Source: a virus
Length of the DNA stretch: 64,000 nt
IMG/VR virus record: IMGVR_UViG_3300047321_000445
Coordinates: 1 to 64,000 of that record
Direction: 5' to 3' (one strand)
The translations under genes were made by a program, and so were the position numbers. Below the pieces are notes generated by a model. The model made no database searches and had not been told where the DNA came from. It saw only the letters and a list, made by a program, of their open reading frames with translations. Shown here piece after piece: positions 55,480-64,000 of this stretch (positions are counted from its first letter, which is position 1; the number at the start of each line of letters is the position of its first letter).

Positions 55480-57603
55480 ATGGCCCGCGTCACCAGCACC
55501 ACCAACGGCAAGACCGAGCAGGTCAACACGGCGCAGGCCACGGACCTCGTGCCGGTCGGCAAGGGGGGTGTCGTCTCCCACCTGCTCGGCAAGGCACTGC
55601 CGTACGCCTCTCCGTGGCTCGGCGCCGGTGCACTCCCGCCGCTCGCCGGGCTCGCCACGAACACCATGTGGGGCGACACCGCCGTCCACGCCGGGTTCGC
55701 CTCCGCAGGGCTCGGGATCGGCGGAGCCGTCCTCTCCGCTGTGACCTGGCAGGTTGCCGGGGGGAACAACAAGTTCCGTCGCTTCCGGCGCGCCCAGGCC
55801 ACCGCGAGCGTGGCGGCGGGGATGGGCTGGCTGACGGCCGCGACCTCGGCCGGCCCGTTCGGCCACCCCATGATCGACCTGTGGCTGATGGGGGGCGGCC
55901 TGTTCGCCGCCTCCTGGAACATCCGGTCGGTCATGCGGAACGCCCACGACGAGACTGAGCAGGTCGAGGGCAAGAGCGGACTGGGCAAGATCGCTGAGGC
56001 GATCGGGCTGGAGAAGGTGAAGGTCAGGGACGCCAAGGGCAACGGCAAGGGCATGGTGAAGGCGGCCATCGAGGTCGCTCCCGGGGCGACCCTGGACGAC
56101 GTGCAGGCGGCTCTCCCGAAGCTGACCGCGGCCCTGCACGTCCCCGGCTCCGGTGCCACCGTCACCAAGGACCTGGAAAACGCTGGTGAGGGCGTCATCA
56201 ACCTGCGTGTCGCAGACCTGCTGAAGGACGGAGTCGAGTTCATACCGCCCATCCGGCTGGGCATGCTGCCGAACGAACCGCTGCCGCTCGGCCTGTACGC
56301 GGACGGCGAAGAGTTCATCATCAACCCGTTCGACGCCGAGATCCTCCAGCACCTGCTGGTCATGGGCGTCACCGGCGCAGGCAAGAGCGAGTTCGCCCGC
56401 GGCCTGCTCGCCCACCTGATGACCCGCCGCAAGATGACCGTGATGGTCGTCGACACCGCCAAGGGCCGTCAGTCCATGGGGCACATTGCCCACGGGGTGG
56501 ACTGGTTCGTCACCACCACCCGCGAGGCAAAGCACCTGCTCAAGGCCCTGCCCGGGGCCATCCAGGCACGCGGCGACGTCCTCGCGGAAGAGGGCCTGGA
56601 CCAGTGGACACCCAAGTCCAGGCTGAACGCCATGGTGGTCTGGGTCGAAGAGGCCGCCGACCTCGCCGACTTCGCCGAGCTGGACGAGATCGCCCGCAAG
56701 GCGCGCTCGGTCGGCATCTGGCTGGTGATCTCGCTCCAGCGCGCGACCTGGACGAACGTGTCCACCGACGTCCGCGCCAACCTCCAGGCGTCCGCGTGCT
56801 TCGGCGTGGACACCGCAGGGGACGCCGGATTCGGCCTGCCCGCCCGCGTGACCGACGCAGGCGCCATCCCGGACTGGGGCGCCACCCGACCCGGCTACGC
56901 CTTCGCCACCGGCATGGGAATCCCCGATAACCGCTGGACGATGGAGTGGCGCTCGGGCCTGACCGACCGGGAGTTCCTGTCCGCGCTGGTCACGGCCGCA
57001 ACACCGTTCCGTGACCCGCTGGACGACACGACCGCGAAGGCCCTGGGTTTGGCGTACGCGCAGCGCACCCGCCCGGGCACGAACCGGATGAACATGCAGG
57101 CCAGCGAGGCGCAGGAGGCCAGCTCCGCTCAGCAGCTGCTGGCCGCCGCGCACGTGCTGGGCGAGGCACTGGAGGACGCCGGAGTGGACCTGAACAGTCT
57201 GCCCACGGGCAGCGACGACGAGCGCATCGAGGTGGAGATGGAGGACGCATACGCCGAGGTCATGGGCATGATCCCGGACGATCCGGAGCCGGGCGCGCCG
57301 TACGCGAACCTGGATCTGGACGACGACATGCCCGAAGACACCGACACCGGGATGGAGTTCGCGGAGCCCGAGAAGCTTCCGCCTGCGGACGCCCGGCGCC
57401 TGCTGCACGAGCAGCTGCACGAGTGGGCGCAGCGGGACCGGCTCACGTTCCAGCCTGCGGACCTGGCCCCGGTCACGGTCGCAGCCGGCCGGAAGCGGCC
57501 GTGGCTCCAGGGCGAGTTGAAGCGGCTGGTGGAGGCGGGTGTGCTGCGGCACGACTCGCACGGCGAGTACGACATCGTCCAGTCGCCGCTTGTGCCCGCA
57601 TAG
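55480..57603 (+). CDS. traB: FtsK/SpoIIIE-type conjugative DNA translocase TraB
   Basis: N-terminal TMs, Walker A GVTGAGKS, Walker B VWVEEA, ISLQR, C-terminal wHTH. Confidence 0.9.
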   Translation: MARVTSTTNGKTEQVNTAQATDLVPVGKGGVVSHLLGKALPYASPWLGAGALPPLAGLATNTMWGDTAVHAGFASAGLGIGGAVLSAVTWQVAGGNNKFRRFRRAQATASVAAGMGWLTAATSAGPFGHPMIDLWLMGGGLFAASWNIRSVMRNAHDETEQVEGKSGLGKIAEAIGLEKVKVRDAKGNGKGMVKAAIEVAPGATLDDVQAALPKLTAALHVPGSGATVTKDLENAGEGVINLRVADLLKDGVEFIPPIRLGMLPNEPLPLGLYADGEEFIINPFDAEILQHLLVMGVTGAGKSEFARGLLAHLMTRRKMTVMVVDTAKGRQSMGHIAHGVDWFVTTTREAKHLLKALPGAIQARGDVLAEEGLDQWTPKSRLNAMVVWVEEAADLADFAELDEIARKARSVGIWLVISLQRATWTNVSTDVRANLQASACFGVDTAGDAGFGLPARVTDAGAIPDWGATRPGYAFATGMGIPDNRWTMEWRSGLTDREFLSALVTAATPFRDPLDDTTAKALGLAYAQRTRPGTNRMNMQASEAQEASSAQQLLAAAHVLGEALEDAGVDLNSLPTGSDDERIEVEMEDAYAEVMGMIPDDPEPGAPYANLDLDDDMPEDTDTGMEFAEPEKLPPADARRLLHEQLHEWAQRDRLTFQPADLAPVTVAAGRKRPWLQGELKRLVEAGVLRHDSHGEYDIVQSPLVPA

Positions 57604-57805
57604 CAGTAACCCACCGTGATCACCTCACTGTCACGGTCCCGGCCTGACTTTGACTGTCAGGCCGGGAGGGGGCCCTAAGGAAAGTCACCTGACAACGGGC
57701 CTAAAAACGGCTCTGACAGCCCGTCTGACTGTCAAAACAGCCCTCCCCGGCACCCGCCTGACAGCCACCCGCTGTAACCGAACGCCTGAACAGGAGCTCC
57801 ATCCC

Positions 57806-58330
57806 ATGAACCGTCTGCCCGAGCCCGAGCTGCGGCAGCCCCCCGCCAAGCAGGCCGGGCAGCCTGACGTCGACCGCACGGTCGACCAGCTCGTGAACGC
57901 CGTCGACCAGGCCCTCCTGGCGCGAGCCCCGTACGTCGTTCCGACGTCCTTCCGCGACGAGACGAAGACGCCCAAGATCGGCAACGCGATGCCCGTGGCG
58001 CAGCCCGGCCGGCCGCCCATGAGCCAGCGGGCCGTCGACCTCAACACGACCATGCTCGCCGGGGGAGCCACCTTCACCATGGTCGGCGGAACGGTATCGG
58101 TCGTCATGTACGTGTCCCAGTGGGCCGACCCGGCGGTCTGCGGCATCGTCTTCGGGTCGCTTGTGGCCCTGCCCCTCGCCCTGGGCCGCCTCATGAGACG
58201 CACCAAGGAGGTTGTGGAGGCCGCCCCGGCCACCCACAACCACTTCTACGAGGCGCCCGTCACGAACGTGACCGTGGAGAACCACACCAAGGGGATCATC
58301 GCCACGAACCGCAACGAGCTGCCCAAGTAG
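57806..58330 (+). CDS. SpdD-like membrane protein
   Basis: two TM segments, HNHFYEAPVT..TV pattern, downstream of traB. Confidence 0.6.
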   Translation: MNRLPEPELRQPPAKQAGQPDVDRTVDQLVNAVDQALLARAPYVVPTSFRDETKTPKIGNAMPVAQPGRPPMSQRAVDLNTTMLAGGATFTMVGGTVSVVMYVSQWADPAVCGIVFGSLVALPLALGRLMRRTKEVVEAAPATHNHFYEAPVTNVTVENHTKGIIATNRNELPK

Positions 58331-58427
58331 CCTCCCGTCCACGGCCCCGGCCCCGAACTCCCTCGGGTGCCGGGGCCGTTGACGTGTGTCACACTGCGCG
58401 GTGGCTAACACACGTCCAGGGGGGACC

Positions 58428-58757
58428 ATGCGCCACATCACCACCGCGGCGGCCGCCGTCTGCGCGGCCGCCGTGCTCGCGCTCACCGGCTGCTCCAGCT
58501 CCGACACCAGCAAGCCCGCCAAGCCTTCGCCGGCTGCGTCCTCGAGCGCCCCGGCGAAGCCGAAGCTGTCGGCGGCCGAGCAGATCAAGGCGTGCACCGA
58601 TGCGATCGCCGCAGGGCAGGACAAGGGGGACGGCGCACCGGAGTGCACGGACCTGTCGGCGGACGACTACATGAAGGCGCTCCAAGACGCGAACGAGCAA
58701 GGCCGGGGCGGGTTGCAGAAGCTCATCGATGAGGCGTCGAAGTCGGCGCAGCCGTGA
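58428..58757 (+). CDS. lipoprotein
   Basis: signal peptide with lipobox LTGC. Confidence 0.8.
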   Translation: MRHITTAAAAVCAAAVLALTGCSSSDTSKPAKPSPAASSSAPAKPKLSAAEQIKACTDAIAAGQDKGDGAPECTDLSADDYMKALQDANEQGRGGLQKLIDEASKSAQP

Positions 58758-58882
58758 TCTCGGTGGAACTCTGCTTGACAGAAAGATCGCACCGAGGCGA
58801 CTATCTGCTTCGCTAGGTTCAATGCGCGTCAGGGTCACCCCTTCCACCCGGGGTGGCCCTTTTGCATGTCCCGGGAGCATCC

Positions 58883-59077
58883 ATGGCGTATACCCCCGTC
58901 CTCCTCGCCCCCGGCGATGTCGCCCACCTGATCCGGCGCCCTGTCGGCACGGTCACCCGCTGGGCGTCCGAGGGGCGGCTCACCTCCTACGACGGCATGT
59001 ACGACTGGCTGGAGCTGCAAGACGTGGTCGCCGGACGCCTTCGCGTCCCGCCTGTCCGCCACGCTGCCGCGGCCTGA
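58883..59077 (+). CDS. small HTH protein
   Basis: DVAHLIRRPVGTVTRWASEGRL. Confidence 0.65.
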   Translation: MAYTPVLLAPGDVAHLIRRPVGTVTRWASEGRLTSYDGMYDWLELQDVVAGRLRVPPVRHAAAA

Positions 59078-59099
59078 ACCGACACCTGGGAGGCGCCTG

Positions 59100-59282
59100 G
59101 TGGCTAACGCTGCCCCCAACCCCACACCCGCCCCCGTCACCCGTGATGTAGCCCTCCAGCACGCTGCCCGTCTGCTCCTGGCCGCCGAGATGCTGACCGA
59201 CCAGGCGCTCATGGCCCGGTACGAGTCGCTTGCGGACTCGTGGATCGTGATGGCCCACACCCTCGGCGGCGACAGCGAGTAG
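59100..59282 (+). CDS. small hypothetical protein
   Basis: GGAGG RBS. Confidence 0.6.
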   Translation: MANAAPNPTPAPVTRDVALQHAARLLLAAEMLTDQALMARYESLADSWIVMAHTLGGDSE

Positions 59283-59460
59283 ACCGCCCCATAGACCGGC
59301 CCCCTTCGCCTAGTGCTCGGGCGAAGGGGGCCTTTCCACGCCTGCCGTCGCGTATTGAGGGGTGCGCGACGGCAGGCCCCCTCTTGCCCGGTCCCGGCCG
59401 CCGACTCCACGGCCGGGACCGGTGCCCTCCTTCTCCGACGACTTCACGGGAGGCCGCCTC

Positions 59461-60195
59461 ATGCCGTGGCTCTTGGGCCGGGGAAACAGCGAGCTGGGCG
59501 CCGAAGGCATCTACCACTGGTCGCTGCCCGCGTGGGTGGTCGAACTCCCGTGGGGTGGCCACTTCAACGTGTGTCCGTCCGCTTCGGCGTGCGCCCCCCT
59601 CTGTTACGCCAGGAAGGGCACTTACCAGTTCTCCAACGTCAAGGCCGCCCACATGCGGAACCTGCTGCTGACCTTGCAGGACCTGCCCGAGTTCGAGCGG
59701 CAGATGACTGAAGAGGTCCAGCACCCCCGCTACCAGGGCGGATACGTCCGCATTCACGACAGTGGGGACTTCCATAGCCAGGACTACCTGGAGGCGTGGC
59801 TGCGGATCATCCGCTCCGCTAAGGGCGTTCGTTTTTACTGCTATACGAAGGAAGTCGCCCTCTTTCAGGACGTGGTGGAACCCGACCCGCCCGCCAACTT
59901 CGGCTGGGTCTACAGCCTCGGCGGCAAGCAGGACCAGGCCATCGACCTGGCCACCATGCGGCACGCCGACGTGTTCCCCAGCGAGGAAGCGATCGCCTAC
60001 CACGGCTACGCCTCGCAAGACGCCTCCGACCTCCTCGCCGTCTACGGCGAAGACCTGCGGGTCGGCATCCCGGCGAACAACATCCCCCAACTGCGCCGCG
60101 AGCAAGGCATGCAGTCCTTCGGCTCGCTCCAGCGCATCCGCGACAACCAGGCACAGGCCAAGTCCGGCCGGCGCCGCCCTTCCGACCCTGAGTGA
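59461..60195 (+). CDS. GP88-like (phage gene product 88) protein
   Basis: WSLPA, CPSASACAPLCYARKG, VRIHDSGDF, FYCYTK. Confidence 0.75.
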   Translation: MPWLLGRGNSELGAEGIYHWSLPAWVVELPWGGHFNVCPSASACAPLCYARKGTYQFSNVKAAHMRNLLLTLQDLPEFERQMTEEVQHPRYQGGYVRIHDSGDFHSQDYLEAWLRIIRSAKGVRFYCYTKEVALFQDVVEPDPPANFGWVYSLGGKQDQAIDLATMRHADVFPSEEAIAYHGYASQDASDLLAVYGEDLRVGIPANNIPQLRREQGMQSFGSLQRIRDNQAQAKSGRRRPSDPE

Positions 60196-60207
60196 TGAGG
60201 ACCCCTC

Positions 60208-61011
60208 ATGCCTGCTGGCTACCTCGAAACCCGCGACGTCCCGATCGCCGACCTCACCCCCTACCCGGGCAACGCGAAGCGGGGCGACGTCGAGGCGATT
60301 CGCCGGTCCCTGACCCGTAACGGCCAGTACCGGTCCCTGATCGTGAGGCAGACCAGCGACGGCGCGCTGATCGTGCTCGCCGGAAACCACACGATGCAGG
60401 CCCTCGCCGCCAACGGCGAACAGACGGCGCGCTGCGAGGTCATCAGCTGCGACGACGCCGAGGCCAAGCGGATCAACCTCGCGGACAACCGGCTGTCGGA
60501 GCTGGGCACGTGGGATGACGGCGCGCTCACCGCGCTGCTGAAGGACGTGCAGGACGACCTGGAAGGCACCGGGTACGGGGCCGACGACCTGGACGAGCTG
60601 CTGCAAGCCACGGGCGAACTCGCGGCCGGTGCGACGGAGTTCCTGACGGACTTCCTCACCCCGCCCCCGGCTGTGCCCGCCCCCGCGGCCCCGGTCCCTT
60701 CGGTCCCTTCGGCTCCGGGTACTCCCGGCCAGGAGGCGCCGGCTGCGGACACGGCGTCGGACGACACGGGCACCGTCCCGCCCCCGGCCCCGATCACCCC
60801 GGCGCAGCCGTACGAGCCGCCCCCGGCCGTGCCCGCGCCGACCGGGCCACTGGTGACGCCTATCCAGTGGATCGTCACCGTCGAGCAGCGCGACATCATC
60901 CGGGCCGCCCTCAAGCACGCCCAGGAGACGAACGGCCTGGACAACTCCTCCGCCGCCCTCACCGCCGTGTGCGCGGCCTACCTCGAAACCCAGGAGAGCA
61001 ACCCCTCATGA
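60208..61011 (+). CDS. ParB/sulfiredoxin N-terminal domain protein
   Basis: LTPYPGNAK, SL...GQYRSLIV, VLAGNHT, LADNR. Confidence 0.85.
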   Translation: MPAGYLETRDVPIADLTPYPGNAKRGDVEAIRRSLTRNGQYRSLIVRQTSDGALIVLAGNHTMQALAANGEQTARCEVISCDDAEAKRINLADNRLSELGTWDDGALTALLKDVQDDLEGTGYGADDLDELLQATGELAAGATEFLTDFLTPPPAVPAPAAPVPSVPSAPGTPGQEAPAADTASDDTGTVPPPAPITPAQPYEPPPAVPAPTGPLVTPIQWIVTVEQRDIIRAALKHAQETNGLDNSSAALTAVCAAYLETQESNPS

Positions 61012-61505
61012 GCGAAACCCACGCCTACGGCCACAACCCCATCGACTATGGCCACGACGGTCCCAGCCTGAACATCGTTAACCTGGTCGACGCCATGGAG
61101 GCCATCAAGGTGGACGGTGTCCCCGTCCACGGCGCGGACGCGACCGGGCTGCCGCTGCACTCGAACGGCCACCTGGGTGTCGACATGCTGTCCGTGCCGC
61201 CGAACGCGCAGTTCCCGATCCATACCCACCCGGGCGACCACCTGCTGCTGTGCCTGGAAGGCGAGGGCACCATCACCATCGGCGACGTCACCTACGAGGT
61301 GGAGCCGGGCGACATCTACATGGTGCCCGGCGAGATCCCGCACGCCGTCGGCGCCGGGGGCGCCGGGCACGTCCTGATCGCGACCGGCTCGCCGCACAAG
61401 CCCGTCGACTCCCCGGAACGGATGACGTACACGGACTGGGCGGGCAACCCGACCGGTCGGCCCCTGTTCGTCGACATCGAGGCCGAGCCCGGGTCGGAGT
61501 CGTGA
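61008..61505 (+). CDS. cupin domain protein
   Basis: PIHTHPGDH...GEG...PGDIYMVPGEIPH. Confidence 0.85.
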   Translation: MSETHAYGHNPIDYGHDGPSLNIVNLVDAMEAIKVDGVPVHGADATGLPLHSNGHLGVDMLSVPPNAQFPIHTHPGDHLLLCLEGEGTITIGDVTYEVEPGDIYMVPGEIPHAVGAGGAGHVLIATGSPHKPVDSPERMTYTDWAGNPTGRPLFVDIEAEPGSES

Positions 61506-62287
61506 ACCAGCGCAAGCAGACACTGCGCGAACAGGACGACTGGGGCAAGCTGCGGGCCCGCGCCCGCGCCGAGTGGCCGGACGACAAGCTCGACAACCTG
61601 ATCGACCGCACGGTGGAGCAGATCAAGGACAGCGTCGGCGGCCGCCGTGCCGCGTACGCCTGGTCCGGTGGCAAGGACTCCATCGCCCTCGGCCACGTCG
61701 CCGAGCTCGCCGGGATCCACGACTGCGTCCTTGGCATCTCGAACCTCGAGTTCCCGGCGTTCCTTCAGTGGGTCACCGACCACATGCCGGACGGGCTGAC
61801 CGTGGTCAACACCAGCCAGGATCTGCGCTGGCTGGCGAAGAACCCGAACATGCTGTTCCCGCAAGGCGCGTGGGGCCCGAAGTGGTTCACGGCCATCAAC
61901 CACCGGTCGCAGGCCCGCTACTACCGGGACGAGAAGCTGGACGTGCTGCTGCTCGGACGGCGCCACTCGGACGGCAACTACACCGGCCCGGCTGGCGCGA
62001 CCGAGTACACCAACGCTCAGGGCATCACCCGCTCCTCGCCGATCGCGCACTGGTCCCACACGGCCGTGTTCGCGCTGATCGACCGGGAGAACCTGCCGAT
62101 GCCGCCTTGCTACGACTGGCCGCGCGGCTACCAGGTCGGCACCGGCTCGTGGCCGGCCCGCCAGTGGACCAACAGCATCGACCACGGCTTCGAGGAAGTG
62201 TGGGCGATCGATCCGGACGTGGTCCGTCAGGCCGCGCCCGTGCTGCCGCAGGCTGCGGACTGGATGGCACGCACCGGCCACGCCTGA
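61502..62287 (+). CDS. PAPS reductase-family (PP-loop) protein
   Basis: AWSGGKDS, LLGRR..DG, PIAHWS. Confidence 0.85.
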   Translation: MNQRKQTLREQDDWGKLRARARAEWPDDKLDNLIDRTVEQIKDSVGGRRAAYAWSGGKDSIALGHVAELAGIHDCVLGISNLEFPAFLQWVTDHMPDGLTVVNTSQDLRWLAKNPNMLFPQGAWGPKWFTAINHRSQARYYRDEKLDVLLLGRRHSDGNYTGPAGATEYTNAQGITRSSPIAHWSHTAVFALIDRENLPMPPCYDWPRGYQVGTGSWPARQWTNSIDHGFEEVWAIDPDVVRQAAPVLPQAADWMARTGHA

Positions 62288-62304
62288 GAAGGGAGCAACA
62301 ACCC

Positions 62305-62901
62305 GTGTGCGGGATTTTCGCCTACACCGGGGACGGCGCTCCTGACCGCGAGTTGCTGACCGCCATCACCCGCGCCGCCGCCACCCGAGGGCCGCATGCC
62401 CACGGCTGGACGGCCGGCGACCAGACACACCGGGCGCTCGGTCCGATGGACGCGGCCGCGGCCGCCCTCGCGTGCCAGGACGCCAGCCGGTGTCTGGGGC
62501 ACGCGAGGCTGGCCACCTTCGGCCGGTACGACGACGAGGACGCCATCCAGCCCATCACCGTGAACGGCCACCATGTGGCGTTCAACGGCAACATCTACAA
62601 CCCGGGCGACGTCTACCCGGGCGAGTGGCCTGCCGACACGCACCACCTGGCGCACGCCTACGCCCGCCATCGGGCCGAGCACCCGCCCGGAGCAGCCCTC
62701 TCCCTGGCCTTGCGCCAGGCCGACATGGACGCGGGTGCCGTGGTGGTCCTCGACTCCTCCGGAACCCTCGTCTACTTCCGGCACCGGCTGCCGCTGTTCA
62801 CCTACCGCACCGGCAGCGGCTTCTACCTGGCATCCCGGCGCTTCCACCCCGACGCCGAAGCGGTGCCCGAAAACACTTACGTCCGCGAGGAGCCGCAGTG
62901 A
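62305..62901 (+). CDS. class II (Ntn) glutamine amidotransferase
   Basis: N-terminal MCGIF, RGPHA.G, LGHARLAT, QPI, FNGNIYN. Confidence 0.85.
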   Translation: MCGIFAYTGDGAPDRELLTAITRAAATRGPHAHGWTAGDQTHRALGPMDAAAAALACQDASRCLGHARLATFGRYDDEDAIQPITVNGHHVAFNGNIYNPGDVYPGEWPADTHHLAHAYARHRAEHPPGAALSLALRQADMDAGAVVVLDSSGTLVYFRHRLPLFTYRTGSGFYLASRRFHPDAEAVPENTYVREEPQ

Positions 62902-64000
62902 GACAGTCGTCCGCGCCGTATGTCCACAAGAAAGTGACCCTCGACCGGGTGGACGTGGCCACCGACGTCTACACCCTCGCCTGCGAGCGCATGGCGTACG
63001 TGATGGACAACTTCGACCGGGTACAGGTGCTGTTCTCGGGCGGCAAGGACTCGACTGCCGTCCTGAACGTCGCTCTCGCGGTCGCCCACTCCGATCCGCG
63101 GTTCGCCCGGCACCTGCCGCTGCGGGTGATCTTCTGGGACGAGGAGGCCATCCCGCAGGAGACCGCCGACTACGTGGCCCGCGTCGCAGCCCGCGACGAC
63201 GTGGCGATGGAGTGGCTGTGCCTGCCGGTCCAGCACCGCAACGCGTGCTCTCGCGAACACCCGTACTGGTGGCCGTGGGCCCCGGAGGACGAAGCGAAGT
63301 GGTGCCGTCCGCTCCCGGAGCAGGCCATCACCCACGTGGACGGCTTCGAGACGTGGCCGCCCGAGAAGCGCATGTCCATCCCGGACATGTCGGGGCTGAT
63401 GGCCCCGGCGCCGTACACCACGGCCGCCCTGATGGGCATCCGTGCGCAGGAGTCCCTGATCCGTACCCGGGCGGTCACCCGCCGCGCGGTCGACAACTAC
63501 ATCGTCTACCACTCCGGGTCAAAGACGAACCAGGGCAACCTGTACAAGGCGTACCCGGTCTACGACTGGCGCACCGAGGACGTGTGGGCTGCGACCCGCA
63601 AGTTCGGCTGGGACTACAACAAGGCGTACGACCTGCTGGAGATGGCGGGTGTCGGCCCGAGTCTCCAGCGCTGTTCGCCCGCGTTCGGCGAGGAACCCCT
63701 CCAGAAGATCCACACGTACGCGCAGTGCTTCCCCGAGGTGTGGGGAAAGATGGCCGAACGCGTCCCCGGCATCGGCGCCGCCCAGCGCTACGCGCTCACC
63801 GAGCTGTACGCCTACCGGGACCGGCCCGACAAGCCCGCAGGCATGCCCTGGCCGGACTTCGTGACGCACTACGTGGCCAAGTTCCGGCCGGAAGACCAGC
63901 GGATGATCGCCGCTCGCCTCCGTGAGGAGATGACGAGCCACTACAAGAAGACCCGCGACCCGATCGTCTACAAGATGCCGCACCCGAACACGGGCATCTG
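62898..64000 (+). CDS. IbrA/YbdN-like PAPS reductase (DUF3440) protein, truncated by window end
   Basis: DVYTLACERM...FSGGKDS, FWDEEA, MGIRAQES..R, YPVYDW..EDVW, YN..YD; not in the supplied ORF track because it has no stop. Confidence 0.85.
   Translation, partial: MRQSSAPYVHKKVTLDRVDVATDVYTLACERMAYVMDNFDRVQVLFSGGKDSTAVLNVALAVAHSDPRFARHLPLRVIFWDEEAIPQETADYVARVAARDDVAMEWLCLPVQHRNACSREHPYWWPWAPEDEAKWCRPLPEQAITHVDGFETWPPEKRMSIPDMSGLMAPAPYTTAALMGIRAQESLIRTRAVTRRAVDNYIVYHSGSKTNQGNLYKAYPVYDWRTEDVWAATRKFGWDYNKAYDLLEMAGVGPSLQRCSPAFGEEPLQKIHTYAQCFPEVWGKMAERVPGIGAAQRYALTELYAYRDRPDKPAGMPWPDFVTHYVAKFRPEDQRMIAARLREEMTSHYKKTRDPIVYKMPHPNTGI

Noticed and set aside
1-64000. tRNA/rRNA genes, IS transposases, att sites
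   Set aside because: None recognisable by eye; tRNAscan-SE and ISEScan would be needed to exclude them.

Overview
High-GC (Streptomyces-like) mobile element. It is most likely a large conjugative plasmid or phage-plasmid hybrid; no host housekeeping, rRNA/tRNA, CRISPR or capsid genes were recognised. Modules from left to right: (i) XerC-type tyrosine recombinase with a dif-like palindromic site just upstream (0.9-2.0 kb) and a leftward operon of small ORFs; (ii) phage-like genes (AAA_24/Sak4-like ATPase, permuted NlpC/P60); (iii) HTH replication-initiator-like gene plus DciA and a parA/parB-like pair with four copies of a 16-bp palindrome; (iv) a phage-like DNA-metabolism operon (RusA, C5 methyltransferase, WhiB, SSB, HU, Arr-like ADP-ribosyltransferase, LuxR, GIY-YIG); (v) a ~15.5-kb divergent array (28.4-43.9 kb) of ~25 mostly orphan genes built from two repeated parts, ~14 copies of one promoter/operator (TTGYTT-cacGTCGGGAC-TAcnnT) and ~18 GC-rich hairpins whose stems vary but whose loop CTCGACT is conserved (two more lie at 17.9 and 23.2 kb); (vi) a GntR/KorSA-like repressor divergent from a radical SAM with a Cys/Pro/Asp repeat tail plus a PIMT-like methyltransferase, sharing GTCCTAGGAC operators with the transfer operon; (vii) DEDDh exonuclease, a second HTH initiator and the DUF2637/TraA/TraB (FtsK) transfer region; (viii) a candidate DNA-modification cluster (GP88-like, ParB-like, cupin, PAPS reductase, class II amidotransferase, IbrA-like) truncated at the right edge. 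All family calls come from motifs recognised by eye; no database searches were run.
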